This document shows positions 26,501 through 40,188 of a stretch of 64,000 bases of DNA, one piece after another; positions within the stretch are counted from its first letter, which is position 1; each line of letters begins with the position of its first letter. The notes beneath the pieces were generated by a model. The model was not told the origin of the DNA and ran no database searches. It worked only from the letters and a program-made list of their open reading frames with translations. This DNA comes from Octopus sinensis (Eukaryota). The stretch is taken from NCBI RefSeq assembly GCF_006345805.1, contig NC_042999.1, positions 141,732,001-141,796,000 of the forward strand, in the 5' to 3' direction. Position numbers and translations under genes: made by a program.

Positions 26501-27569
26501 TTGCACACATGCACCTCCTATTACCAGAATTGGAACAGGGTCTGACTCCAATAGCAGTGTTGATCAAGAAGATAAATTATTTGTATATTGTTTTGTTTCA
26601 GTATTCTGTATTATTGAAGATATCTATAGATTTTAGCCAACACTGTATGTCATAGATGTGGACACTGTCTTTGTGTACAGTATTTTTGCAAATAGGAAAA
26701 GAAAAATCAGTCAGAGACAGTGGGTTTATAAGCAGTGTCTACAAGTGACAGTTAAAGATATTCAGTCACTGATGAAATCCCAATACTGGACTAAAACCAA
26801 ATCTTCTGTTGTCTATGAAGATTTTATGTATAAAGACACTGTTTACATAAGTCTATTACATATAATGATGGCTAAAAATCTATAGTAGTCTATATTAAGA
26901 AGATTGATGTCTCTGCTCTGATGTTGAGTGGTTTCCAGTAGTTTTCTCTATACTAATACGAAAATGCAACTCAATTATACAAGGTAATAGTAATTTACAC
27001 TTATACCCCTTTGCAAATTATAGCTGTGACCCAAAAGAAGTTGTCTTGGCTATGGACTTACCTCAAAGGAAGGAACATACAACAACTAACTACAAGTCTA
27101 TGTACTTTCGTGTCTACTTATGCATTTACAATCTCATTTTGCCATGGAATGTTGCAAGGCAAAATACAATTAAATGAAATGAAATTTGTATGTGCACTTA
27201 TGTATGTGTTATAGTTTTGATGACTATTTGTAGTAATGACTGCTATATATATATATATAAATCTTTACCACAAATAGTCATCAAAGCTATAAATAACACA
27301 CAAAACATTGCTTTTCATTTTTTAATTCACCATGCTATATCTTTAATCTCTTCAATCACTTGAATTCACATAAAGCAAAGCATATATACATCTATCCCTG
27401 TCTATCATTTAGTCCCCCGCCTCTCAACTATTTTGATCTGCTAATTTTTCTAGTTCATTATATTTTTCATTAAATCTTTTTTTTTTTTTATATAACTATT
27501 TTACTGTCTCTTTCATAGAATAGAAGTTAATATTTAACTTGCATTTTTCCCTCTTGTGAATTCTAATGA

Positions 27570-28112
27570 ATGGGAGAAGGAGTGTTTCAAATATCGAACC
27601 AGTTGTGGGACCAGCCATAAGAGTTGATAGCAGCCTAATAGATAAGGCAATTAAGAATATGAAGACAGAGAAAGCCTCTGGGCCATCAGAAATCACTGCC
27701 GAGAAGATTAAAATATCCAATGGTGTAGCATACACCATATATTACTCATATACTTAATCAGGTTATTCAGGAAGGTGCCATCTCCAGTGATTAGTGTAGT
27801 AGTATTATAGTTAGCTGCTACAAGGATAAAGGTGATGCCTTGGATAGAAACAACTACAGAGGTATCAAACTGCTAGACCAGGTCATAAAAGTTACTGAGA
27901 GGGTTATAGCTCAATTGATTAGGAATAGAATTAAACTAGACAAGATGCAGTTTGGTTTTGTGAGACAGCTGCAGGAAAAGTCCTTGGTCAAAAGTGAGCC
28001 ATTGTACTTAGCTTTCAGCAACATGGAGAAAGCTTTCAACAGTCCTCTGCTCTGTTATGTGGTGGTCTCTAAGGAAGTTAGGAGTAGAGGAGTGGCTTGT
28101 TAGAGCTGTACA
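27570..28112 (+). mobile_element. RTE-clade LINE reverse transcriptase fragment
   Basis: ORFs 27566..27757 and 27840..28103: KAIKNMKTEKASGPSEI, NYRGIKLL, MQFGF, QLQEK...YLAFSNMEKAF. Confidence 0.85.
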
Positions 28113-28117
28113 ATGTT

Positions 28118-28730
28118 TATTGCCCCTGTGCATCTGCCACACACAAAAGGTATCATAGAGTTTTACCTATACTTGTTCTATAGATCAAGCAGGGCCATCT
28201 ACCTGAAGAGGTTTGTGATTTGTTCGCCTTCTTACTTACTAGGACTTTGGCTTTTGCAACATTAACTCTAAGGCCCCTCGGTTCTAAAATTGCTTCCACA
28301 CCTGAAATTTCTTCTAGTTCTGGTAGTGATTCCACTATGAGAGCAGGGTCATCAGCATAGAGGAGCTCCTAGGGGCAGCCTGTTTTGAATTCCTCTGTTA
28401 TTGCTTGGAGAACTATGATGAATAAAAGAGGGCTGAGAGTTGATCCTTGGCGAACCGCTACTTCTACCTGGAATTCTTCACTATACTCATTGCAGACCCT
28501 TACCTTACTGACGGCATTCGTGTACAGCTCTTATTAACCACTCATCTATCCCTAGTTTCCACATAGCCCATCAGATAAGGGATCGGGGAACCCTGTCAAA
28601 GGCTTTCTCCAAGTCAACAAAAGTCAAGAATAGGGGTTTATCTTTGGTTAGATATTTCTCCTGCAGCTGACTTAATATCCTTAATTGCTTTATCTACCAG
28701 GGTGCTCTCGATTCCAGGTTGAGGTGAAGC
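28118..28730 (-). mobile_element. RTE-clade LINE reverse transcriptase fragment (second copy, opposite strand)
   Basis: Minus strand: FVDLEKAFDRVPR, RQGSTLSPLLF, LLYADD (YADD at 28348-28359), GLRVNVAKAK. Confidence 0.88.
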
Positions 28731-28952
28731 TGTCAAATTTGATGGCAGACTATCCCCTCCAAAAACCTGTTGACCTACAATTGAAACACATAAGATTAGG
28801 ATAATAAGTGTATATTAATAATAGCTAACCTTGGAAACTCAGATGTATGATCGTTGACGTTTTATCTAATTTTTTTGAAATACTGCTTGGTTTGGTTTTA
28901 ACCATCTGGTACAAAAGCTTATGCATTCCTAAGGCCCTAAAATTATTGTCTA

Positions 28953-29206
28953 GGATTTAGGTTCTGCTTTACTAGCTTTCTTTTAAATTGGTTAACACTA
29001 TTCATGTTTTTAACATCTGCAATACTTTTATTTAAAGTTGTCTATGCTCCACTAACTGCTGCATTTTAACTTTCAAATTTCATTCATTGCACAGAAACAG
29101 AACAAGGGTCTTTTTGATATCTCATAAATAAAAGTATTGCAGATGTTAAAAACATGAATAGTGTTAACCAATTTAAAAGAAAGCTAGTAAAGCAGAACCT
29201 AAATCC
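28953..29206. repeat. Perfect 82-bp inverted repeat with 90-bp spacer
   Basis: 28953-29034 is the exact reverse complement of 29125-29206 (checked base by base). Confidence 0.95.
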
Positions 29207-29407
29207 CAGCTGTGAACTTTTGATTCTTCAACTAGACTTGGCTGTTGTAATTTCTTGTCCTGGTTTCAGATCATTATAGTTATTTTTGAGTTTTCTATTT
29301 TTTCACACTACATCACAGTAAATTTCCTTCTTTTAAATTATTTTATATTTCACAGATACTCTGTTATGTCTAACGTTTTAGTTAATCTAGTCTTATTGGC
29401 AATCAAC

Positions 29408-29746
29408 CAGGGTTTTCAACTGGTGTCCCTATGGCCCCTGAAGGTCCATGTAAAATTTTTGTGGGTCCATGCAACAAATTGGGATCCACAAAAGTATTTT
29501 AAAGGCTCCTGAAAATATTTTGCTTTAGATGTATGTATTGGTATTTATTGCAAGAAACAGCTAGGTATTTTTCTCTAATATTTTACATAGTTCAACCCAC
29601 ATAAGCGAAAGTGTGAAAAACAAAACAGAAATTTTGAAAGAAGTTTCTATAAAACTAGTTTTTAAATATTGAATGGCTATGGGGGTCCACCAGAATAAAA
29701 TAGTAATCAAGAGTCCATAGATAAAAAAAATTATTAAGAACACCTG
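29408..29746. mobile_element. hAT-type MITE (degenerate)
   Basis: Termini cagggttttcaac...ttaagaacacctg resemble hAT TIRs; internal ggtcca subterminal motifs. Confidence 0.55.
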
Positions 29747-29969
29747 AACTAGGGTGTTGCTTAGCTCAAGTTCTCCAAAGTTTTCCATTGAAATCAAATG
29801 AACTATCAATGTATTACACATATAACTCAATATATCTCAGGGGGTGGTTCCACTGAGTGGATAGAAACTTATAACTGATAATTTTCCCCCAGTCAATCTT
29901 TTACCACACTATCAAGTGTTTAATCACTCAAAATCGATGATTTCACTAGTCAAGATCTTGCAAATATTG

Positions 29970-30023
29970 GTGAGACTATGCTGATGAGGTCTAATAAGGC
30001 TAAAACTTGTCCAGGGTTTTCAC
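29970..30023 (+). ncRNA. Decayed type I minimal hammerhead ribozyme-like motif
   Basis: gtgagactatg CTGATGA ggtct aata aggct AAAAC tt GTC cagggttttcac: CUGAUGA core, stem II, GAAA mutated to AAAA, GUC triplet, pairable stem I. Confidence 0.5.
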
Positions 30024-33000
30024 TGTACTTGCTAAAGATACTCAATTTTTAGTTGAAATTTGGATTCTCTCTTCTGTCTTTCCTAAAAATTGATCATTAA
30101 CCATTTTTTTGCTTTTTTTAAGGATGTCACATTAGTTATTTTGTTCACTACACTAAATATGTTGGGTCTCCCCCCCCCCAGCCTTGGCTAGTTATTTCTA
30201 GTTTATTTTTTTATGCTCTTTGCATTACTTGCTGATGTCATCTTTTATGTCATTCTATTTTCTTATGGCTAACTGATGACAATTTTGTACACTTGGTAAT
30301 ATATTTCTGCAAATATAATAGAAACTTACGATTAAAAAGAAAGGTGAAAATATTGTTTTTCCTTCACTCCTTAATTATATTTAATTAGCTTGTTGATATT
30401 CCCTGCATATGTCGACTATAACTTTAACTTTTTACTCCTACTAGTACTGATTCCAGTAAGCAGGTTGTAGCTTCGCTGAAGCATTTTTTTGCAAGATAAA
30501 ATTAAGAATTTTATAATTTGTTCAAATTTATTTACATTTAAATCTAAATAAAGATTGCATCATCATTTAGCATTTATTTTCCATGCTGGCATGGATTGGA
30601 TGGTATGACAGGAGCTGGCAAGTCTGGGTGCCATATCAGGCTCCATTGTCTGTTTTGGCATGGTTTCTACAGCTGGATGCTATTCCTAATACCAACCATT
30701 TACAGTGTGTACTGGGTGCTTTTAACATAGCATCAATAGAATTGAGTGAAATTGTTCAGTAACAGTTTCTCAAAATCTTGTCTCTAAAGAACCACTTTGT
30801 TCTATAAAATTTCACTATGATAGGGAAGTGAAATGTCTTGTACCATAAAATGGTATAACTTGGCACACCATGACATCCCCCTTCTCTCTGCTATCTGGTT
30901 CATCTTACCACCCTCCAGAAGGTAATCTTTAATTTCTCGTATAACTTTTTTTGTAAATATATCTTATTTAAAAATACAATTATTATAGAGACTATGCCAC
31001 CGTATTAAAGCAAGTTCCAAATTTTACTTTTTCGTGTTTAATATTTTAGTGTATGAGAGTGAGTAGTGTGCATTCTTTTAATCATAAAAACTATGCACAA
31101 TCACTACCTTACTGCGCAATCACAAGAGGGTCAACAACCTCTTTTGACTTTCACTATAATCTGCCCTCAATATCACTTGTGTGTCTACTACAGTCAGAAG
31201 GAGTATTTAAATGTGTAATAATAAGAAAAAGGAAGACACTCCTTGATAATCAACAGTATTTTATTGGGTGTGTTCTACATTTCTGATCCAGTCCAAGAAA
31301 AGAAAAGAAAAAGATACTAAAATTTGATTAATGGTATAAACTGATAATTTCCTCCCACTTACCACAACCACCCAGGACAAAATAACTACAAGTGGTTAAA
31401 CAGTTAAAAGGTTGGACTGTAGATCACAAGGTAGTGCATTGAAATCTCACCATTGTAATTTAATTGCTTTCCTATTACACAGTGTGCATTATTCTGCTTG
31501 TTTTTGAATGTTGATACGAAAAATGGGCACCACTTACATTTATGAGTGAAGACTGTAGAATAAGAAAAAGCATTCAGTTAAAGACCAAATATTTACTTAT
31601 TTACTTCATATGAAAATACCTGTTTTTACTCCTAATATGGTCTTGTGTGTAACTTATCTGTTCTTTATTGTGTCTACTGTCCTAAGTATTATGAAGGGCC
31701 CTGTCAAAAGTAAAGTTCTAGCAGAATATTAAAAGGATAATGGTAAAAATTGAAATAGATCGGATTAATTTACTTCAGTGTTGGTAGTGGTTTTGTTGTT
31801 AACTCCAAGCAAACTGTGATTGAACAGATCTATGATCAAAGTGCTCCAGCCACAGCCATTACAAAATAAATGGAGTTCAGTTTTGAATATGGTTTTATTA
31901 TCAACATCGTTTAAAGAAGACATGATTTTTTTCAATTAAATAAATTCCATAGCATCTAAAATCTAATTTAATACTTTTTGCTTGATCAATAATTTAATTT
32001 TCAGTCTCTTGTTTTTTGTTGATTTCTTTTTTTTTTTTTTGCATGCATGCTCACAAACATTCATTTATCCTCTCTTCCTCCTCACCTCTCTCTCAAGTTT
32101 ATCTGTTTAAATATTACCTTTAAGACATTTTGAGAATGTTGAGAACAAAATTGATTACTACAGTTTGGGTATGGAAATTTTTATAGTACTTTTTAAGATC
32201 ATTTAAAGTTTTTTTATAGAAAAATTTATAGATTTTACATTATAAGAAGTCTAACTAAAATTGTATTCTATCAAAAAATACTTGAATAAAACTAACTATT
32301 GATCCCTTTTAGGATTGTTTTTTGTTGAAAATATTGTTTCATTATTTTGTAGGGATAAAGATAACTTAACTTATTGTTCAACTATGTGCATAATAGTTGT
32401 AGCAGTATTTTAAACTCTCATTTTACATAGGTACCTGTTTTATTAATTGCAGAAATTTAGTTGAAAGGCAAAAATTGGTGTCAGTGGACTTGAGTAACAC
32501 CGAATATATTATATTGTAAAGCATTTACACAAACAGTGTACTTACTATTTCATTTCTTTTACTGTGATAGTGATTCCACCCAGAATGTGGTGATACCATT
32601 ACTAGGTTCATGATAAAGCTAGCTTTTTCAATTATTTCATAAGTCTTTTTAAGTCCAATTAAACCCAGTAAATGAATTAATAGAATACAAAGAACAACTG
32701 GGTACTGCTGTTCAGAAAGTACTCATGGGTAATATATTAGGTGCTATGAATAAATAGGAAACCTAAGTTTAATCAATTGGCTTATCTTCTGACTCCTCCA
32801 GAAATAAGATAATGCTGCCTTTACCAACCTTGGCTGAAGGGAAAATAAAGTTGAGTCTATGGGGATATGGGCATAGACCAGTGAGACAACAAATTGCAAT
32901 ACAATAAAATAGCACCACTTCCACTGCTCTCGCAATTTTGTAATAGCCTGAATTATATAGCTGTTTAGTTTCAAGATAAATAACATTCTGAAACAAAACC

Positions 33001-35636
33001 ATACATAATAAAATTGTATTTTTATACATTCCCTTTCCAGAAAAAAAATTGGAAAGGAAGGTTTTGTAAAACTTTGAATGCCAAATATAATGACTATTAT
33101 AAATATCAAAAAAGATTTTTGACCTAGATTTTTGTTAGAATAAATTCTCAGTGACTAAACAGTTTTTTTTTCTTTGTTGTCTTTTTTTTTTTCATTATCT
33201 TTTTCTTTAAAACAATTAGCAATTCTGGTATCATTATTATTTTGATAGACAGGAGAGGATGGTTATTGTATGTAATACCTGTCAATCAAATATTAAGTAT
33301 TCAACCAAAATAATAATAATCTTGAATTTAGTTCTGAACACAGTATAGCTTTTTCTTTAAAACCACCGGCAATTCTGATTTCGGCAGTAAAAGCTGTCAT
33401 TCAAATATTAAGTATTCACCAACAACAACAAAAATATTCAATTTAGTTCCTTCCACAGTATAAATAAAAAAAAATCTCAGTCAAGTTTCATTTATTTCAA
33501 AAGTTGTTTTGAAATAGCTCCCCATGCCTGCTTATTTATATGCCTTCTACAGATTTAATTCTTTTCATTCTGGCCCAGTCAACTGTGACTTTTCTTTTTC
33601 AATATAGCTTTTTATTAAGAACTATTTAATCCTGGGTCAACTTTGATCAAGTGGACCTATGATTCAATGCATATCAGCCATGACCACTTCCTCTTTTATC
33701 CAACAATAATACACATACTGATACATTATCCAATGCATCCTTCCCAGTTAATCTTCCCAAATCAAAGAGGACGCAATACCTATTGTTGGTTAATATCCTA
33801 TCCAGAGGAAATTTATCCCTTATTAACACCATGAAACTAGAGCAAGAAGCAATAGCTCTTAAAAATTCTTTTAGCTCTTACTAGAAATTTTTAAATTCAT
33901 TTCAATAGGACTTAATTAAAGTAAGTAGATTAACATGCTATACCTTGGGTACAGTTCTTCTCTCTCTGAAGCTGAGTTTGAACTCATGAATAGAGATCAG
34001 AAATATTTTTTTAAGATACTACTACTATTTCCTTGGGGCTGTTCTCCAGTTATACAAAATTTATGAATTTAAAACTAATTAGCCCACCCAGAAAATTCTT
34101 TTGCAGTTTGTCTTGTTTCCCTAAAGTTGTGCACTGGAGTATATAATATCACAGAAGAATGATGTTATATACTGGTGCAACCAATTGCATATTTGAAAAC
34201 TTTGATTATGCAATAATACCACAGATAATTGACATGACACATTCCAACTGCATTTCTATTTCATGTTTATTTTTCTGTTATTTGAGCACTTTGTACACAA
34301 AACTAAATGTTAATGACATTACCACATCAGCTAAACTAGTTGTTAACCATATAATTTGGTTGAGGGTATTCTAGTAATAAGATACTTCATAAGCTCTAAT
34401 CAACAACACTGCTTTCAATCCAAGGACAAAAAGAACTTACCCACAAGAAGTGTGGCTATTTGTAGTTAATGCAGACATGTTATTTTATTATGTAAAGCTA
34501 TATTTGTTGGTAATTATGCCAGTATTTAATAAGGTATTGTCTCTACTGAGAATTTTGCTTTACCATTGTACTATTACTGGTTTTCTTTTAACCATTTCGG
34601 ACCTAAAGTACCAATCATAGCTGATAGCAAAAGATTCTAAAACTACTTTTTTTATTCTAAAATAGATTTATTTTACCTTGCTATTCTGAGTAGACTGATG
34701 TATCTATAGTGTTGAGAACTGAATGGACAACTTGTGATCAGTCACAAATCTAATCAATTATGTGACCTGGTGAAGAACTTGAGATGCAGATATATATGGC
34801 TAACTCTTTCTAACAGAAAACTTCCTCTACGTGTCTGTGTGTGTGCATGCATGCGCATACCAATGCCTTGTAAGTGGATGGAAACTGAAAGAGGCCTGTC
34901 GTGTGTATGTTTGTGTCTTGTTATGGCATCATGTGGTAGTTGCAGGCAAGCAACATTGTCATTCAAAAAGTCATGTTTCCAGTCTATCACAAAACAGTTG
35001 AAGCTTGGTGACAGAAAGAGCATCTAGTCATAGGAAATCTATCTCGGCGAATTTCATCTTCTCTGTCCAAACAGGGAAAAGTAAATGTTAAAATGGTAAT
35101 AAGGGAGATGTACGGCCTCAAAAAAGGGAGGGTACCTTAAAGAAAATACCTCATGTACCAAAAAAAAAAAAAGCATAGTTATAGCTGAAAGTCTCCCATC
35201 ATAGGCCTACTCAATCATAATTCAATTAATGAAATTGCTTCCTTTTCTTCTCTGCTTAACTTTCTGTGTGTGGACATAAATTAAGCACTATGTGCAAACA
35301 GCTGCTTGTATATACATGAACTAGTGCGAACATTATTACATCACAGTACATTACTAAACAATATTTAAAATGTTTGTACTCATAAATATGTCCTATATAA
35401 TTGTATAATTAATGTTAAAATTAAAATTAGAATATTCTTCACAATTATGTGAGCATATTTTTCACTAAAAAATGATCCCATTAGTTTGTCATCACCTTAA
35501 ATATGGAAAGATCCCAAGACAATTGTGTGTGTGAAATAATAATAGGCCTGTTGGAAATCTGTTAAGTGATATAATATAGCTATAAATATGTGGCTGACAG
35601 TCTTTTTTTTTTTTTTTTTTTTTGCTCTTAGCTTAA

Positions 35637-35869
35637 CCCCTTAAACTGACCATATCCAGCCCAAATATTGTTTTATGTTGAAACTGGTCAGTTCTGGTCT
35701 CTCACACCTACCCTACAACGTCATTCTAAAAATGTACAATGACATCATCAAAATCTCAAATCTATGAGATAAGCATAATAAATTCAAAACAATAAATGAA
35801 TGAATGAATAAATAAATAAATAAATAATAAATAAATAATGCATCTGACAGTAATTGGATTACTAAAGAG
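35637..35869. mobile_element. piggyBac-like MITE (degenerate copy)
   Basis: TTAA-flanked and homologous to 46696-46913; internal (aata)n expansion. Confidence 0.7.
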
Positions 35870-38587
35870 TTAAGCCATACTTCCATTTACCAATATGTGT
35901 GTTTTCTATTCAAGTATGAAGTAAATTTCATACGAGATTATATATTTTGTTTAAAGCAATGGTCAATAGTAGGTATTTATTTACCAACTCCAATGAGATG
36001 CAATGTAAGGTTATGTCTGACAGGATTTGAACTGGGAATATGGAAAATATTTAGAACCATTTCTTGACCTGTTGATGCCTACATCTACAGACTCTGCCAA
36101 AGCCCCAGTCAATAGAAGGCCAGGTTTTGGCACATAAACTCAAGTGGCAACACTCCTCCACTAACTTGCAGTCGATTTTAAACAAAAGGAGAAACAACCC
36201 TCATCCTTGGCTGGTACTTTATCAACCCTGGAAGAGTGAAAGGTAAAGTTGACATGATTTGAACTCAGAATGCAGTGAGCCAGAAGAAACCCTACATGAC
36301 ATTCTATCCAATGTTCTAATGACGTCTCTTTCTTTCCTGCAAGCCATTTAATCTAGCACGGTACTGATTGTGTGTCGCATAAAGATGATCCAAATGTTTA
36401 CCAACTGTAACAATCTTCCACTGATTACTGACCTTACGTTCTTCCTTGGAGTTATAAAAATACATTGACAGATACATTGTTAATCTAAAATGAAATAGAT
36501 TTTTCTGTGTTGATATGTTGGTCAGTTCTCTAAAGAAAATTAATGATTTGTAGATAATGAAGATATAATTCAGTTGCTTACAGATAGCAGGCCATAATTA
36601 GCCTTATTGTACACAATGCAACTGTAATTAACTTCTTATTAAGATGGTGGTAGGACTCCACCAATTATGTAATGGTATATACCAAAATTAAATCTTGATG
36701 GTTATCTCTGCTTTAATACTAATTAGTCTCCTGGTGAAATCAAATAATGCTAGTTAGGTATAGTGATCAGCTGTGTGCATTTGCTTTAACTTGGTGGTTC
36801 TCCAGAATTCAGTATGTATGTGTGAATGTCTTGGTGGGAAGGGTGAGTAGCAGAGAACAACACCATGTAGCTAGAAGAGAAGCTAGATGACAGGTCTATT
36901 TAGCAAGACGGGAAGCAGAAAGAGGTTTGCCTATGTTCTGCAATGTGGGGAGAAGAAGCATGAGGTATTCCAGATTGTAAGGCTGTGTATCAAAGAAAAT
37001 CAAGATGTTGGTGGGGAGATCTGTGTATGAATAAGATAATGTTTTTTTTGCACTTAGTGGTTCTGAAAAGAAAAAAGACATGGAATTGCTATTATAAAAG
37101 GCTACTAAATGAGGAGAATGAAAGGGAGAAAGAGATTCTTCCTAATGTAAACCTAACAGAGAGACCAACCTTTTTAATTGACTGCAGTATGATGAGTGGA
37201 GTAATTGAGGATATGAAGACAGGGAATGTCCCTGGTCTAGCACTCTACTAACTACAGCACTATTCACACAGGTGCTGTAAATGATATCAGTTATCCTGTT
37301 ACATCTCCCTATTACTATCACCTTAAACCTTTTCTTCCTCCCTGACCCACACCTATTTACTTCACTTCCCACCCCAAACTAACATTAATTACTGACCATG
37401 CCTCTACTCGTTTGTCCCATTCATGCAGGCCATCTCTTTCCCCATCTTTAGCCATCTGGCACTCTCCTTTCACTTTCTCACAAACTTAGTTCCCACTCAC
37501 CCTTTGCAATCCTCTGTCCCTATTCTCATGTTCAGCTTGTACTTAGGTATTCTGCCTTCACATCTTTCCTCTCTTTCCTGCTGGAGAAGCTATATATGAC
37601 CTCTTCAACAAGACACCTGGTGTAAAGCCATATCTGTTTATACCACACCCCCACTCACTTGAGAGGTCATACAAGTTACTTGGTGAGGTAAACACACCAG
37701 CATTGGTTGTCAAGCGATGTTGGGGTGACATACACAAGCATATATATATGACAGGCTTCTTTCAGTTTCCGTCTACCAAATCCACTCAGGGCTATAGTAG
37801 AAGACACTTGCCCAAGGTGCCATGCAATGGGGCTGAATCTGGAACCATGTGGTTGGTAAGCAAGCTGCTTACTACACAGCCATTCCTGTACCTATGACAA
37901 GTCTCTTTTCTCTTTCCATGTCACTGATGCTATCTCAGTACATAGATCAAGTTTATACCGCTTACAATCCAAACATATCTAACATAACCAATTAGAGCTT
38001 CCAATGGGGCATAGAGGATTTAGAAATATCTATAAAAGGGAAAATCAATTTTGAGATTACTGAATCAAGAAACAGTCTTGTTTGTAATTTATTTTTTAAA
38101 TGAGTGGAGGGATTAAGTACAAGACCAATTTTTATAGAGGAATTACAAGTGAGTCAATCTCAACTTATTGGCCTGTCCTGAATATATTACTGCGGCATTT
38201 TCTGGGGTATCATAGGAATGAGAAATAAAGTCTATAAATTCATAATCAACAGAGATTAAACTAAATACTCTGAAGACTTTAATTTAGGATTCTACTATCT
38301 TGGCCAACTCTATTGCCCATATATATGGTCCTGGTCTTTTTGTGATCTGTACAAGATTTGATTTAGACTGACATTTTACTCAGTTTCATTTTTCTAACTG
38401 GTTATCCAGAATTCTCTCATTGCTCATGATTTCTCATCAATTACTCACTTGCTTTTGTTGAAGTTAAATGTTAACAGTTGTACTAACCTCACTTAATTAC
38501 AATGTCCTTTAGGCTTATGTAAAACAATCATCATGATCATTTTAATATCCATTTCCTTGTTCCATATTGGCTAATTCCATTTATCTG

Positions 38588-39597
38588 GATCCTAAGTAAC
38601 TTCATTTATTTGGTCCAGCTTTCACAAATTTCTTTTTGTCATTTTCCAAATAACACTTCAATCATTCTCATAAAAACCATTTGTTTTGAAAGCGCATTAA
38701 TCTTGTTATAATTTATCCTTTATAGCATTGCATCATTAAAAAAAGGGATTGTATGTTCAAGGACTTGGCATTTCCTCTTGAATAACTTAATCTGGCTAGC
38801 TGTAAATTGATACCAAAAGGTATTTTTGTCTTTGATAAAAAAAAAGAGGGGTGCATTGAATAATGTCCTATACAGACTGTGTCTTAAAAATGGAGTGATA
38901 TGCCTTTGATCATAAGATTGTTCAATCAGGGCTGGTCTGTAGTTGAACAAAAATAACATCTATAATGTTTTATTTGCATGCAGTGTGAAATTCATTTGTT
39001 CCTAAACACAATTATTACATAAAGCTAAAGCCTGATGTGTTGGGACTCACTTCTAACACTTATACACATAATTTCTGTGGAAAGAAAGGTAGAATAGTTT
39101 AATATTAAATATACCTTGATTCAGTGCATACAAATCAACCTGCTAGAAATAGCTGTTCAATCCCATCCAACTACAGTCTATCATCTTTAAAAAGGAAGTA
39201 CACAGCCTGGGATATACTTAAAACGTTGGATGGGTATAGGTAGAACTGGGGGTTTGAATAACAAAAGCTAGCTTAAAATCGATCATGAGGAAAAAGTTCC
39301 CTCATGTAATTAACTTGATTCCTTTGGACTTGTTTGATTTAATTTTATATAAATATTGTGTGGTAGAATATAATTTTTTTTGGATCAATCTGGTTGACTA
39401 TTATTCAGAAGGTAATGCCATATCCTTGAATATGCAATCCCTTTTTTAATGATGCAATACTATATAGGATAAATTATAACAAGATTAATGTGCTTTCAAA
39501 ACAAATGGTTTTTATGAGAAAGATTGAAGTGTTATTTGGAAAGTAACAAAAAGAAATCTATGAAAGCTAGACCAAATAAATGAAGTTACTTTGGATC
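38588..39597. repeat. About 185-bp imperfect inverted repeat, about 640-bp spacer
   Basis: 38588-38772 versus 39414-39597, roughly 90% reverse-complementary by eye. Confidence 0.92.
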
Positions 39598-40094
39598 ACT
39601 GAGAAAAACATACCACTTACCATAATAGTAGATGAATTGAAGCAGACAAATGAATGATAGCAGGTAGAAAGTGTGTGATAAGCTGGCCATCTCAGAATAG
39701 TATATGCAGACTTTGATGTCAAGTGTTCATTTGCCACATGCAATAATGTCACCATGCATTATATAGTACCTTTGTACCACCCAATATAGATTTAACTACT
39801 GAGGTTTTGTAACTCCACAATACAATGTAATGCCAGGTGGTAAATGTGAAGTTAGTACTGCAAATATCAAATGCAAAATGTAAAAAGCAAATCACAAAGT
39901 TCAAATATCAGAATACAAAGTTCATTGTACATAATTTGAGAATTCCAGATCACTCAGTATCAGAATGCACAACAGGAAATACAAAAAGCAAATAACAATC
40001 TTCAAAGATCAGAATGCAGTATTCAAAGCACAGAATATTGCCTGAGCTTTTACAATATTGCACTTGAGTGCATAACACATGTGCATGTACACAT

Positions 40095-40105
40095 TCTCTC
40101 TTTCT

Positions 40106-40175
<70 letters not shown>

Positions 40176-40188
40176 TTCTCTCTCTCTC
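40095..40188. repeat. (CT)n/(CTTT)n polypyrimidine microsatellite
   Basis: Directly visible. Confidence 0.95.
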
